The notes: a model not told the origin generated them from the sequence alone. A stretch of 64,000 nt of DNA from Dehalococcoidia bacterium (GCA_965215425.1 OZ244064.1:1116095-1180094), one strand, 5' to 3'. Shown: positions 1 through 9,439, counted from the first letter of the stretch. Program-made: numbers and translations.

Positions 1-38
1 TTCACCCCTTTGGCTTGCGGTCCGGAGAACCACGGACC

Positions 39-965
39 CTAGAACAGCCTGAGGGTCTCGGCCTGGGGCTGTTCGGCCTCTCCCGCTTCGGCGTCAGCGG
101 GCGGTGGCGTCGCCTGCTGGCGCCGGTTCCGCTGCCGGGCTGGGGGCGTGGGCCGGTCATAGGCGGGGTGCATGGGTTCCTCTTCCCACCGGGCCCTTGC
201 CCGCGCCACCACTGCCGGGAACTGGTCGGCCAGCCCGAACAGGTCGGCATCATCGAAGGCTTCGATGTGCGGGTCCGCCGAGGGCCGCTGCACGCCGATG
301 ACGGCCCGGCCTCCCCGGATGGACAGGACCACCTTCAGCTCCGCCGAGGTTTCCGTCTCGACCGGGGCGGTTTCGTCCCCGGCATCGGCGTCGGCAGTGT
401 CAGATTCCTCAGTGGTGCCAGTGTCCATGTCGGCGTCAGGTGCCTCTAAGTTCTCGATTTCTCCCGCGTAGTCGGCGTCTCCTGCGGGAAACTCCCCGGC
501 AATATCGCCAGGGTTATCATCGGCAGGGGCATCAGGCGGAGCAGCGCTGAAGAGAAACTCCTCGACGTTCACCACGGCCGTCAAGCCATCCCGGGACCCG
601 TTCTTGATCTCGCCCAGGGTGATGGGCTGCCAGTAGAGGTCGCGTTCCACGGCGGGGACGCCGCCCAGCACGGTGGTCTCGGCCAGTTCGGTCAGGTCGA
701 AGTAGCCCAGCTCCATCTCCAACCCCTCCACCAGGCCGAAGCACTGGCCGGTCTCGCGGTCCAGCTCGGTGATGAACCACGTCCAATTCGAGTAGGGACT
801 GAATAGCTTGGCCCGGGCCAGCACGTCGTCGTAGTCCGCCGCGTTCTCCGTGGCGCCGATGGTGGGGATGGCGCCCGCCAGCCTCTCCGTCATCAGCTGG
901 TGTCCGCGCTTCCCGCTGTGCTGGTCCTGCCACAGCGTCGTAGTGGTTTCCTTGTGGTCAGTCAT
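39..965 (-). CDS. DUF2958-like protein with an acidic linker and an uncharacterised C-terminal domain
   Basis: Motif LFSPYSNWTWFITELD...GLVEGLEMELGYFDLTEL matches the DUF2958 signature as I recall it. AAGGAG RBS upstream of the ATG at 965. Confidence 0.7.
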   Translation of the reverse strand: MTDHKETTTTLWQDQHSGKRGHQLMTERLAGAIPTIGATENAADYDDVLARAKLFSPYSNWTWFITELDRETGQCFGLVEGLEMELGYFDLTELAETTVLGGVPAVERDLYWQPITLGEIKNGSRDGLTAVVNVEEFLFSAAPPDAPADDNPGDIAGEFPAGDADYAGEIENLEAPDADMDTGTTEESDTADADAGDETAPVETETSAELKVVLSIRGGRAVIGVQRPSADPHIEAFDDADLFGLADQFPAVVARARARWEEEPMHPAYDRPTPPARQRNRRQQATPPPADAEAGEAEQPQAETLRLF

Positions 966-1014
966 CGTTTCATTCTCCTTTTCGGTTTGGTGCGTAGGGG
1001 TTGGTTTGCGCCGT

Positions 1015-1800
1015 TCATCCGGCGTGTGTCCGGCCCACCAGCCGGGCTACCGCCTCCGGGGTGACATAGCTGGGGGTCACGGTGCCCAGGTCCGTGTCAA
1101 GGTAGAGGCCCAGGAAGGGACAGGTGCCCGCCACCATGCGGCGCACCACCTGCAACACCAGCGACGCCATCATCTGGTTGATGGTGGGGTCCTGGTCGGT
1201 GAGGTCCAACGCCGCCGCGCAGTCCACGTCCGGCGGCCTGGTGGACACGGCGGTCAGCAGGTCCGGGCGTTGCAACGTGGGCGCCGGGGCCAGGTGGCAG
1301 GTCTCGCCGGTGAAGGGCGGCTCATCCAGTTCCGCCCGGTGGGCGATGTTTCCCACCAGGACCTGTCCCCAGTTGGTGTCGTTGCCGGCGTCGATGAGCC
1401 AGCGGCAAGGGTCTCCCGGCAGGCACTCGGCCATCGCCCTTCTGGCCGCCGCGTTGTCGGCGCAGCCGATGACCAGACCGTCGTGGGGGGACAGGCCGGG
1501 GTAGCGGGGTTCCTCCTCCCGGAAGGGATAGACCGAGTAGCCGATAGGACGCCGGTAGTCCCTTGCCAGCCGGTCGGCCAGGGCCTTGCTCTTGAACTCG
1601 CCCACGTCGGCGGGCAAGAAGTTCTGGCGCAGCAGGTTGTGGGGTTCCACCCGGTCGTGGTCCACCAGGACGATGGTGGCGTCCCGGCCCTGGAAGAGGC
1701 GGCAGAGGCCCTCGGCGACGAAGCCGCCGGTGCCGCCGCAGCCCACCACGGTAATCCAGGGATGGTCCAGCAGAAATTCGTTGTCCAGGTAGTAGGGCAT
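1015..1800 (-). CDS. PRTRC-system ThiF/E1-like adenylyltransferase
   Basis: Rossmann motif VVGCGGTGGFVAEGL and DHDRVEPHNLLRQ. The ATG at 1800 is preceded by AAGGAAGG; the ORF track begins 9 nt upstream at a GTG. Confidence 0.85.
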   Translation of the reverse strand: MPYYLDNEFLLDHPWITVVGCGGTGGFVAEGLCRLFQGRDATIVLVDHDRVEPHNLLRQNFLPADVGEFKSKALADRLARDYRRPIGYSVYPFREEEPRYPGLSPHDGLVIGCADNAAARRAMAECLPGDPCRWLIDAGNDTNWGQVLVGNIAHRAELDEPPFTGETCHLAPAPTLQRPDLLTAVSTRPPDVDCAAALDLTDQDPTINQMMASLVLQVVRRMVAGTCPFLGLYLDTDLGTVTPSYVTPEAVARLVGRTHAG

Positions 1801-1805
1801 GGTTG

Positions 1806-2528
1806 TCACCTTCCTTTTATATGTATGGTTTGCTCTGGCCCTTCGTCCAATAGGCGCAGGCCCGGCGGCGGGCCGTCGAAGACCTGGGACCAGTGCATCG
1901 GGGCGAAGTGGCCGTAGATTCCGAGACGCAGGGCCAACTCCGGTTGCGCCGTGTCTAGGCGTCCCACGACGCCGTAGATGCGAAACCCCTGCTCGTCCTT
2001 ATCGTCGGTGGCCGAGAAGAAGGCCCGGTGGCGTCCGTGGGAGTGGACCTCGGCCACCACGCCGAAGGGAGGCCGGTAGGTGAGGAATGAACCCGTCCCC
2101 GCTTGGGGAGGCACCACCAGGCGGTATGCGTCGCCCTCCCAGCCTACGGCGAAGAACCGCTCGGTGTTCAGCGCGGCCTGGAACCAGCGCAGCCCCAACT
2201 CGAAGATGTGGGCCGGGATGGGGCCGTGGGCGAGTTCAACCTTCTCGGATACGGGCGCCAGGCCGCGCACCAGGGCGGGAGCGACCGGTATTCGCGCCGT
2301 CAGGTTTGCGCTCTCGGACTGGACGTAGAGGCCGCCTGCTCCGAGAACGTAGTCGTAGCCAATCCCCTGGGAACCGGCGAGTCCGGCGGGTTGGTTCACC
2401 AGGTAGCCCACCGGCGCAGCGGCGGCAGGGTTAGGGGTAGTGGCCCCGTCGTCCTTCGGAGGCCGCCATGACGTGGCCCACGGTGCATTGGGGAACCAGG
2501 TCCTCAACCGGGTACTCAGCCTTTCCAT
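1806..2528 (-). CDS. PRTRC protein A-like JAB/MPN (JAMM) metallopeptidase
   Basis: Exact JAMM spacing HSHGRHRAFFSATD (HxHx7Sx2D). The start is uncertain: the ORF overlaps the upstream gene by 98 nt, and an alternative GTG lies near 2411. Confidence 0.75.
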   Translation of the reverse strand: MERLSTRLRTWFPNAPWATSWRPPKDDGATTPNPAAAAPVGYLVNQPAGLAGSQGIGYDYVLGAGGLYVQSESANLTARIPVAPALVRGLAPVSEKVELAHGPIPAHIFELGLRWFQAALNTERFFAVGWEGDAYRLVVPPQAGTGSFLTYRPPFGVVAEVHSHGRHRAFFSATDDKDEQGFRIYGVVGRLDTAQPELALRLGIYGHFAPMHWSQVFDGPPPGLRLLDEGPEQTIHIKGR

Positions 2529-3144
2529 CCAGTTCCTCCCATAGCGCTTGCAGGTTGTCGGGGTGTCGCTTCGACCGTTCCCTGGTATCTCCGGTAAGGG
2601 AGAAGAAGGACTGGAAGAAGGATTCGGGTATCAGTCCCATGTCTTCGGGGAAGCGGTGGCTGCCGCGGCAGACCCTACCGTCCCGGAAGACGTTGAAGGC
2701 CGGGGCGCGGTAGAGCTGCTGCTCAGGGTTTGTGGGCCGTTCCAGGGCGGCATAGAGCCAGGGCGCCCGGCCCGGCGAGCAGACGAAGACCAGCCCCGGC
2801 ATGGGCAGCCGGAGCCGGGCGGGAGGCTGGAACGCCTCCCGTTGCAGGGCCACCGCCCACACCTGGGGCGGGCGCCACAGGGCCACCATCTGCCCGGTCT
2901 CCCCCTGGTTCCACCAGAGGGCGTTGTCGGGCAGCAGCCCGGAGGAGAAGCCCAGGTGCCGGATGAACACGCTGGCGATCTCGTCCGCCGAGACGGTCCT
3001 GACCCAGGTGGAATCGCCCTGGAAGCCCCGCAGCAGGACGGTCTCCTGATAGACCTCCAACTGCGCCTGGAGCTGGTCCCGGGGCAGGTCGTCCTGGCCC
3101 GGCAGGGACCAGTTCGTCGCGTTGGCGTCAATATTCGTCATCAT
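2431..3144 (-). CDS. PRTRC protein B-like (prokaryotic E2-like, by recollection of the family assignment)
   Basis: Sits between the F-like and JAB genes as in PRTRC cassettes. AAGGAGG RBS before a tandem ATGATG start. The E2 assignment was not verified by search. Confidence 0.55.
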   Translation of the reverse strand: MMTNIDANATNWSLPGQDDLPRDQLQAQLEVYQETVLLRGFQGDSTWVRTVSADEIASVFIRHLGFSSGLLPDNALWWNQGETGQMVALWRPPQVWAVALQREAFQPPARLRLPMPGLVFVCSPGRAPWLYAALERPTNPEQQLYRAPAFNVFRDGRVCRGSHRFPEDMGLIPESFFQSFFSLTGDTRERSKRHPDNLQALWEELDGKAEYPVEDLVPQCTVGHVMAASEGRRGHYP

Positions 3145-3976
3145 TTTCCTCCTTGTCTTGGTTGTCGGGTTCGGGCAGCCGGGGCAGGATGAAGTCCAGC
3201 AGTTCGGAGTAACGGCCCGGCAGGTCCCCCTCCAGCCAGTCGGCCAGCCTGATCACCGAGTCGGTGAGGGCGCTGGCCTTGCGCCATTCCTCCGTCCCCT
3301 CGGCGATGATTTCCTCCTCCCAGGGGTCGCAGAAGCCGTCGTAATCTCCATCCTCGAAACAATGGTCGAGAAAGAAGTTGCCGGTCTCGCCCCGCACCCA
3401 GGCGACGGCCCGGGCCGCGCCCTGGTATCCGGTTTCCCGCACCGCCTCGGTGAGGGCGTCCAGGGGAATGCCGCCCCGGGGTATCCGCTCCAGCGTCTCC
3501 TGCGGGATGCGTTCAGCGGCGGCTTCCAGCCAGGCGGTGCGCAGCCCGTCTGGTTCGTCCCAGTAGTAGCTGAGGGCTTCGGCCAGCAGCGCCAGGGCCG
3601 ACAGTCCTTCCCGGTAGCCGTCCCACATCTCGTGGAGGCCGTCGTAGCCGATGCCCATCAGTTGGAAGGGAATGCCCCGCCGCAGCCAGGTGAAGGGCGG
3701 GTCCTCCCCCTCGTCCACGTAGAACTCGATGAAGGGGGCGTAGAGGGGGAAGTGGCGTTCCTCGAAGAGGCGGGCGAAGCGTTCCAGCCTCCCGCCGGCG
3801 TCTGGAATTGACAGAGCCGCCTCCGCTTCCTGGGGAAAGAGGCGGCGCACCAGTTCGGCGAACCAGGCGTAGTCCTCAGCGTAGCCCAGCCGGACGATCA
3901 GCTCCTGCAGCGACGGCGGACGCCGCAGGAGCAGCCCGGCCAGGTCGCTCAGTACCGGCGGGGCCGCAGTTTCCAT
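3128..3976 (-). CDS. PRTRC-associated protein (position of protein F), function unknown
   Basis: 282-aa ORF with coding-like composition, overlapping its neighbours by a few to 28 nt. Assigned by position only. Confidence 0.5.
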   Translation of the reverse strand: METAAPPVLSDLAGLLLRRPPSLQELIVRLGYAEDYAWFAELVRRLFPQEAEAALSIPDAGGRLERFARLFEERHFPLYAPFIEFYVDEGEDPPFTWLRRGIPFQLMGIGYDGLHEMWDGYREGLSALALLAEALSYYWDEPDGLRTAWLEAAAERIPQETLERIPRGGIPLDALTEAVRETGYQGAARAVAWVRGETGNFFLDHCFEDGDYDGFCDPWEEEIIAEGTEEWRKASALTDSVIRLADWLEGDLPGRYSELLDFILPRLPEPDNQDKEENDDEY

Positions 3977-4179
3977 CGCAGGGCCTCCAGCAGCCGCTTG
4001 GTGGCGGCGGCGTAGTCCTGGGCTTGGGCGCAGGCCAGCTCCACCTCCGGCTGCCGGGCCGCCGCCGCGTCCAGGTCCAGCCCGCCGTCGGGCCGGGTGA
4101 GCTCCGCCGTGAGCTCGATGATTTTCAGGTCCGCCGGCGGCGTTGCCGCCAGCAGACCGGCCAGGGTGTGATTGTCCAT
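3949..4179 (-). CDS. Small hypothetical protein between the Ubl gene and the F-like gene
   Basis: 76-aa ORF with an AGGGGG RBS-like sequence upstream. No recognisable motif. Confidence 0.4.
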   Translation of the reverse strand: MDNHTLAGLLAATPPADLKIIELTAELTRPDGGLDLDAAAARQPEVELACAQAQDYAAATKRLLEALRWKLRPRRY

Positions 4180-4190
4180 TCCGTTACCCC

Positions 4191-4397
4191 CTAACTGTGG
4201 GCGGGGGTGAAAGCGCCCTTGGTGCCCACCCGCCGCTGGAACTCGATGATGGTGTCCTCGTCCCGGGTGGTCTCCTTCACCGAGGCGTTGGCGATTTCGC
4301 CGTAGAAGTCGGCCAATGTGGACTTCACCTGCTCGACACTCATTTCGGGGTCCGGGTCGGGGAACTCGCGGTCGTCGTACACAAACACTCGTGCCAT
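4191..4397 (-). CDS. PRTRC protein C-like small ubiquitin-like protein
   Basis: 68 aa, MARVFVYDDREFPDPDPEMSVEQVK...RRVGTKG followed by the 7-aa tail AFTPAHS. AAGGAG RBS before the ATG at 4397. Confidence 0.75.
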   Translation of the reverse strand: MARVFVYDDREFPDPDPEMSVEQVKSTLADFYGEIANASVKETTRDEDTIIEFQRRVGTKGAFTPAHS

Positions 4398-4496
4398 GAT
4401 TCGTCTCCTTTGGGGAATGGTGTTGTTTCGCTTGGGTTGCGATGTGCGGGGAGGCCGCCGTTGCAATGTCGGCAGCCTCCCCGTGTGCCTTGCGGT

Positions 4497-6890
4497 CTAG
4501 CGTCCGGCGCCCACCGGCTCCTTCTCACGTTCCTGCTCCTGGTCCAGCGCCCACTGGAACAGGGACGGGGCAGCGGGCTGGGACTTCCCCTTCTTCCCGT
4601 TGGGCTTGGCCGGTTCCTCGGCCAGGAATTCGGCCCAGGAGAAGAGAGACTGCTGCCCGTCGGCGGGTTCGGCCTCGTGGTGATGGCCGTCGCCGTTCCC
4701 GTTGACCGGAATTGCGAAATGGCCGTTGCCGTTGGGAGTGTGGCCGTCGCCGTTCATCACCAACTCGACGGTGAGGCCGATGTCTTCGGCGTCGTGGTGG
4801 CCGTTCCCGTTGCCATTCCCGTTGACCGAAACGGCCTCCGGTTCCGCTGCCGCCGTCTGCCAGCCGTCGTCCACCAGGTATTCTTCGGCGGCGGCCTCGG
4901 CGTCCCGGGCCTGGGCGAACACTTCCTCCAGCGTCTCACCATCCGCCTGCGCATCCCCGCCGACGATCTGCCGGGCCAGGGCCAGCATCAGGTCGTCACC
5001 GTCGTCGCCGTAGGCGGCCAGCCCGTCCTCGGGCAGTTCCCCCTCCACTGCCAGGGAGGATTGCAGCTTCTTGGCAACCAGCTTGAGCGCGTCGGCCTGG
5101 AGCGTCCCCCGGTAGGCCATGTAGATGACCTTCACCGGGCGGTTCTGCCCGATGCGCCAGGAGCGCCGCGACGCCTGGCGCATGGTGTAAACCGAATAGT
5201 CTGTTTCAAACCAAACCAGGGTGGGGAAGTCGATGAGGTCCAACCCGGTCTGCACCAGGCGGGGGTGGCAGATGATCACGTCCACCCCCGCCTTGACCCG
5301 ATCGGCGACCCAGGCTTCCCTACGGTCCGGGGCCACGGCGTCGGCCTTCATCACCGCCACCTTGAACCCGTGGCGGGTCAGGATGTCGTCCATCCGTCCG
5401 GTGATGTCCCGGGTTCCGGTATGGGTGGCATAGACCAGCACCCGCCGGCCCGCCAGCCGTTCCGCCGCCACCAGGTCAACGAGAGCCTGTTCCTTGGGGT
5501 AGATCTTCTCCTCGGACAGGGGCGGGACCTGGACGATGAGCCTGCCGCTGGCCGGGTCGAAGACCGTCTCCCCGTGGGTGCAGCCGTCGGGGTAGGCCAG
5601 CAGGGTTTGCAGGTAGGTGGCCAGCAGTCGCTTGGAACCCTTCTTCAGGGCCTTGACCAGGGCCTCGTGCAGTTCCTCGAAGACATGGTTGTAGGCACTG
5701 CGCTGGGAGAAGACGGTAAGGTCCACGTCGGAGTCCATCCCCGACAGCAGCACCTGCTCTTCGTAGGGCGGCAGGGCGGAGGCCACGTCCGCCAGCTTGA
5801 GGAAGACGGAGTTGCCGATGATGTGGAACAGGGCCGCCGGAACCAGGCCGGGCTTCTCCCGCACCGTCTTACGGAAGCCCTTGCGCCGGCTGGTGCGCCC
5901 GTCCTCGTAGGCGTCGTCCTCGGGGTAGCTGCGGGTTTCCTCCAGGAAGCCGTAGCGCTCGATCCAGCGGCCTTCCTCGGAGTGGGCGAAGTCGGCCCGC
6001 AGTTCCGGCGAGAACCGGTAGAGCAGGTGGAACAGGGTAGAGGAATAGCCGCCCATCAGGGTTCCGGACAGGCTGAGGGACTTGCCGATCACGTCAGCCA
6101 GGACGCCGGCTGCGATGCCCTGGGCGGACCCCCTTCCTTTGTATTCATGCACTTCGTCGCCGACCAGCAGGTCGAAGAAGCCCCGCATCCGGTTCTTCAC
6201 GTAGTCGGCCAACGGGTAGCGCCGGGGGCCGGAGCCGTCGGCCTGCCACAGGGGGCTGCCGCAGCGGGCGCAGTTGCGCTTGCGGCGGCGCAGCTCGGCG
6301 TCGGTCAGGGGCACGCCGTCCTTGTCCGTCACCTGGCCGTAGCAGGTGGGGCAGCAGGGGACTTTGAAGGGTTCGCCGGTTTCCTCGTCCCGCGCCAGAC
6401 GAGTGCCCTCCGTAGCCCAACGCCGGATGACCGCCGGCTGCCAGCGGTAGGACAGCTTGGCCCGTTCCCGGCTCATCACCGCGAACAGCGGACCGGACCC
6501 GGCGGAGAGGCGCAGCCTTTCCAGGTCGGTGATGGATGTCACTATGGCGGACCGGGCCAGGGGAACCGTCTGCCCCACCTCCCGCTGCCACTTCTTGGTC
6601 AGGTGCGGCGGGCAGAGGATCAAAACCCGCTGGAAGCCGGCGGCGTGGGCGGCGGCGGCGCCGATGAATGACTTGCCGGTGCCCATCTCGCCGACCACGG
6701 TGGTGCCCCGGTGGGCTTGCAGGGACAGGGCCGCGCCCCGGATGGCGTCGGCCTGCGCCCCCAGGGGGTTGCGGAGCAGGTGGGGCAGCTTGGTATCGTT
6801 TTCCGAGGGCCGGTAGAGGGGCGGGTAGGACGCCACCACCCTTCGGGAGATGGCGTCCTTGAAAGTGTCGATGAACTCTCCGAGGTTCAT
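4497..6890 (-). CDS. SNF2/DEAD-like helicase with an inserted zinc ribbon and a C-terminal NG/His-rich tail
   Basis: Walker A GEMGTGKS, DEVHEYKG box, CCPTCYG...CARCGSPLW, helicase C-terminal region. AAGGAG RBS. Confidence 0.85.
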   Translation of the reverse strand: MNLGEFIDTFKDAISRRVVASYPPLYRPSENDTKLPHLLRNPLGAQADAIRGAALSLQAHRGTTVVGEMGTGKSFIGAAAAHAAGFQRVLILCPPHLTKKWQREVGQTVPLARSAIVTSITDLERLRLSAGSGPLFAVMSRERAKLSYRWQPAVIRRWATEGTRLARDEETGEPFKVPCCPTCYGQVTDKDGVPLTDAELRRRKRNCARCGSPLWQADGSGPRRYPLADYVKNRMRGFFDLLVGDEVHEYKGRGSAQGIAAGVLADVIGKSLSLSGTLMGGYSSTLFHLLYRFSPELRADFAHSEEGRWIERYGFLEETRSYPEDDAYEDGRTSRRKGFRKTVREKPGLVPAALFHIIGNSVFLKLADVASALPPYEEQVLLSGMDSDVDLTVFSQRSAYNHVFEELHEALVKALKKGSKRLLATYLQTLLAYPDGCTHGETVFDPASGRLIVQVPPLSEEKIYPKEQALVDLVAAERLAGRRVLVYATHTGTRDITGRMDDILTRHGFKVAVMKADAVAPDRREAWVADRVKAGVDVIICHPRLVQTGLDLIDFPTLVWFETDYSVYTMRQASRRSWRIGQNRPVKVIYMAYRGTLQADALKLVAKKLQSSLAVEGELPEDGLAAYGDDGDDLMLALARQIVGGDAQADGETLEEVFAQARDAEAAAEEYLVDDGWQTAAAEPEAVSVNGNGNGNGHHDAEDIGLTVELVMNGDGHTPNGNGHFAIPVNGNGDGHHHEAEPADGQQSLFSWAEFLAEEPAKPNGKKGKSQPAAPSLFQWALDQEQEREKEPVGAGR

Positions 6891-6932
6891 GGGAATTCTC
6901 CTTGTGTTGGGGATGCGCCTTTGACGGAGCGA

Positions 6933-6963
6933 GGCCCCGCCGGTAAAAGAAACCGGCGGGGCC
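6933..6963 (-). terminator. GC-rich intergenic hairpin (12-bp perfect stem)
   Basis: ggccccgccggt-aaaagaa-accggcggggcc, located between the 7001 ORF and the helicase start. Confidence 0.35.
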
Positions 6964-7000
6964 TTCGTGTCGTCCGCCTGTGGCGGATCGGGGCAGCCGT

Positions 7001-7189
7001 CTATGCGGCAGGGCTGAGGGACTTCTCACCGTCGGCGTCGCCGGGGCAGCCGCCCTTGAGGTGGTAGGAGCGCGGCGCGGAAGCGACCACCCGCCCGGCG
7101 ATGAAGTCCACCGTGGCGGTCTGCTTCACCGGCTGGCCGGGGCGGATGGGCTGGCCGCACCGGGCGCAGGCGTCCAGGGTCATCTGCAT
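7001..7189 (-). CDS. Small Cys-containing hypothetical protein
   Basis: 62 aa, MQMTLDACARCGQP... GGAAGG RBS upstream. It is the only plausible portion of the 172-aa track ORF. Confidence 0.4.
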   Translation of the reverse strand: MQMTLDACARCGQPIRPGQPVKQTATVDFIAGRVVASAPRSYHLKGGCPGDADGEKSLSPAA

Positions 7190-7230
7190 GGCAACCTTCC
7201 TTCTTATATGAATAGGATGGAGTGGGCGCG

Positions 7231-8265
7231 TCAGGCGGAGATGTCGGTGATGTCGCCGCTGTCCAGGTCGAGAGCCACCACGGTGGTCTTGAGCTTTTCC
7301 CGGTACACCTCGGTGTGCTCCGTCTCCTCGGCCAGCACCTTCTCCTTGCCGGTGCGCCCCTTGACCAGGACCCGCCGCCCGTCGGACTCCAGCGCCAGGT
7401 TGTCCAGGAAGCCCGCCGCCACCAGCATGGCCAGGTGGCCGCGGCGCAGCGGCATCAGGGGACGGACGCGGTGGTCCCCCACCGGCCACAGGGTGTCGGT
7501 GATGTCCGGGCTGGCCCACAGGCCGGACCTGCGGGCTTCGGCCACCGCCGCCAGGGGGTCCACGGTGCGGGTGGCGAAGAGGATGTCCCCGGCTACGGCG
7601 CCCGGCGGGTCATAGACCCGGTGGGCCCGGTCGTACAGTTCCTCCGGCTCCCCCTCGGCCCAGGCCCGCACCTGGGCCTCCGCCCGGGGGTCCGGGCTGG
7701 GTTCGGCCTTGCGATAGCCCAGCAAAACCACCTGGTCGAAGGCTTCCCGCTCCGGGAAGGGAAAGGCCCAGCAGCGCAGGTCCCGGTAGTGGGAGGCCAG
7801 GTAGCGGGACGACACCGAGAGCCGCTGCTTGGGCACGATGAACGCCAGCAGCCCTCCGTCGGCCAGGTAGCGGGTGGTGTGGGTGAGGAAGGCGTGTTCA
7901 GTCCGCTTGTCTTCCGAGTCGTAATCGTAGGGCGGGTTCAGGAGCAGCACGCCGAAGACGCCGTTGGCGATGGAGGTGGCGAACAGGTCGCAGGCCAGTG
8001 CGCGGTCTAGGAGTTCCCCGGCCTCCTCGGCCCGCTCCCGGTGCAGTTCCACCCCGTAGGTCTCCACCGGCAGAGAGTTGGTGCGGCGCAGGCCGTCGGC
8101 CAGTTGCGCCAGGGCGTCGCCGCCCCCGCAGCAGGGGTCCAGGACGCGCAGGGTCTGCCCCGGCCTACCGTAGGCCGGGGGGCTGTCAATCAGTTGGGCC
8201 AGCAGGTCCACCACCCGCAGCGGCGTGGGGTAGTACCCGCCCTTCGCTTGGGCTGCCAGTCTCAT
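7231..8265 (-). CDS. SAM-dependent N6-adenine DNA methyltransferase (orphan; no nuclease partner seen)
   Basis: LDPCCGGGDAL (SAM motif I) and LLNPPYDY (NPPY motif IV). AAGGAG RBS. Confidence 0.85.
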   Translation of the reverse strand: MRLAAQAKGGYYPTPLRVVDLLAQLIDSPPAYGRPGQTLRVLDPCCGGGDALAQLADGLRRTNSLPVETYGVELHRERAEEAGELLDRALACDLFATSIANGVFGVLLLNPPYDYDSEDKRTEHAFLTHTTRYLADGGLLAFIVPKQRLSVSSRYLASHYRDLRCWAFPFPEREAFDQVVLLGYRKAEPSPDPRAEAQVRAWAEGEPEELYDRAHRVYDPPGAVAGDILFATRTVDPLAAVAEARRSGLWASPDITDTLWPVGDHRVRPLMPLRRGHLAMLVAAGFLDNLALESDGRRVLVKGRTGKEKVLAEETEHTEVYREKLKTTVVALDLDSGDITDISA

Positions 8266-8310
8266 GGTTCTTCTCCTTTAGGTTGTAGTTGTCGTTGGTG
8301 TCTATCCGGT

Positions 8311-8700
8311 CTACTCGCCGCCAGTCTTCAGGCCCACCACCTCGCCCTTGGCCAGGGTTCGCACGAAGCAGAGCACCTGGCTGGTGTCCTTGTCGGCGGC
8401 GCAGGTCTGGCAGAAGGCGGTGAGCAGTTCGGCGCGGTTGGCGACGACGATGCGCTTGACCAGCACCGAGCCGCCCTCAGGCAGGTCGTGGCGGTAGAGC
8501 TTCTCGAAGGGATCCCGCCGCTCTGCTTCGGTGGCCAGCCGGTAGAAGTGGGGTTGCCGTGAGGAGGTCAGGTGGTCGGCGGCCCCGTGGGGGCAGAAAC
8601 GGCACTTGTCGCCGTCCGGGGAGTAGAGCTGCCAGGCTTTCCGGTTGCGAGCCTGGCGGCGCTTGTTGCCCCGCTTGACGGGGTTCAGCGTCCTATCCAT
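8311..8700 (-). CDS. Cys-rich basic hypothetical protein
   Basis: 129 aa starting MDRTLNPVKRGNKRRQ, with CRFCPH and CQTC pairs. Overlaps the upstream gene by 8 nt. Confidence 0.5.
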   Translation of the reverse strand: MDRTLNPVKRGNKRRQARNRKAWQLYSPDGDKCRFCPHGAADHLTSSRQPHFYRLATEAERRDPFEKLYRHDLPEGGSVLVKRIVVANRAELLTAFCQTCAADKDTSQVLCFVRTLAKGEVVGLKTGGE

Positions 8701-9343
8701 AGCTCGCCGCCTCCTTCTCGCTGACGTTGAGTTCCGCCAGGGGCAGGGTTCCCAACGCCACAGCGTCGGAAAGGTCGTGGCGGAGCTTCTCGGCGTCGGG
8801 GGCGCACCAGTAGGCGACGACACCCACCGACTGGAGGGGCGTGATGGTCCCGTCCCGCAATCCCCGCCGCCAGAGCCAGTTGGCCCAGGAGTGGTGCAGG
8901 GGCAGGGGGCTGCGTTGGTCCAGGAAGCGGTGGTACAGGGCCGGGGCCTCATCCTCGCTGGGGGCCAGCAGCAGGAAGGAGCCCCGCTCGAAGGCGAACT
9001 CCGCCATGCGGGTATAGACCAGGGCGTGCCAGCCGCCGGAGGAGGGCAGGCGGGCGATTTTCGCGGTCCAGGTGCCCACGGTCTGCGGCGGGACCACACA
9101 GCGGCGATAGCCGCCGGAGAAGGCCATGCCCTCGGTGCCCTGGATCAGGAAGGCCGGGTCCGGGGGCTGCTTGAGCAGGGAGGCCCAGATCGCCTTCAGC
9201 GCCGTCTGGGGTCCCACCATGGAGAGGAACCAGAGGCCCTCGGTATCGGGGTCGCGGGCGAAGGCGTCGGCGGTGGCCGAGTAGCCGCCCGCCGTGACCG
9301 TGAACAGGTCGTCGGGGTTGATGGTGGCGTGGGTTGCCAGCAT
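8693..9343 (-). CDS. Hypothetical protein
   Basis: 216-aa ORF with an AAGGAG RBS. No motif recognised. Confidence 0.55.
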   Translation of the reverse strand: MLATHATINPDDLFTVTAGGYSATADAFARDPDTEGLWFLSMVGPQTALKAIWASLLKQPPDPAFLIQGTEGMAFSGGYRRCVVPPQTVGTWTAKIARLPSSGGWHALVYTRMAEFAFERGSFLLLAPSEDEAPALYHRFLDQRSPLPLHHSWANWLWRRGLRDGTITPLQSVGVVAYWCAPDAEKLRHDLSDAVALGTLPLAELNVSEKEAASYG

Positions 9344-9377
9344 GGGTGGTCTCCTTTAGATCAGGTGTGAAGCCAGG

Positions 9378-9398
9378 CGCGGGGAGAACGTCCCCGCG
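9378..9398 (-). terminator. GC-rich intergenic hairpin
   Basis: cgcgggga-gaacg-tccccgcg, in the gap between the radC-like gene and the 8693 ORF. Confidence 0.3.
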
Positions 9399-9439
9399 TC
9401 GGGACCGGCGGTGTGTCGCCGGTCTCGGTGGAACCGGGA

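Noticed and set aside
4143-6671. 842-aa plus-strand ORF opposite the SNF2 helicase. Similar long antisense or alternative-frame ORFs occur at 850-1917, 17400-18485, 17498-19267, 19451-21091, 19723-21591 (except its last 110 codons), 23944-26808, 24228-26516, 36041-37201 and 41286-42863
   Set aside because: Their composition is Gly/Arg/Pro/Ala/Val-rich, which is typical of shadow frames in high-GC DNA. They have no motifs, and each overlaps a gene with clear family signatures and a good RBS on the other strand or frame.
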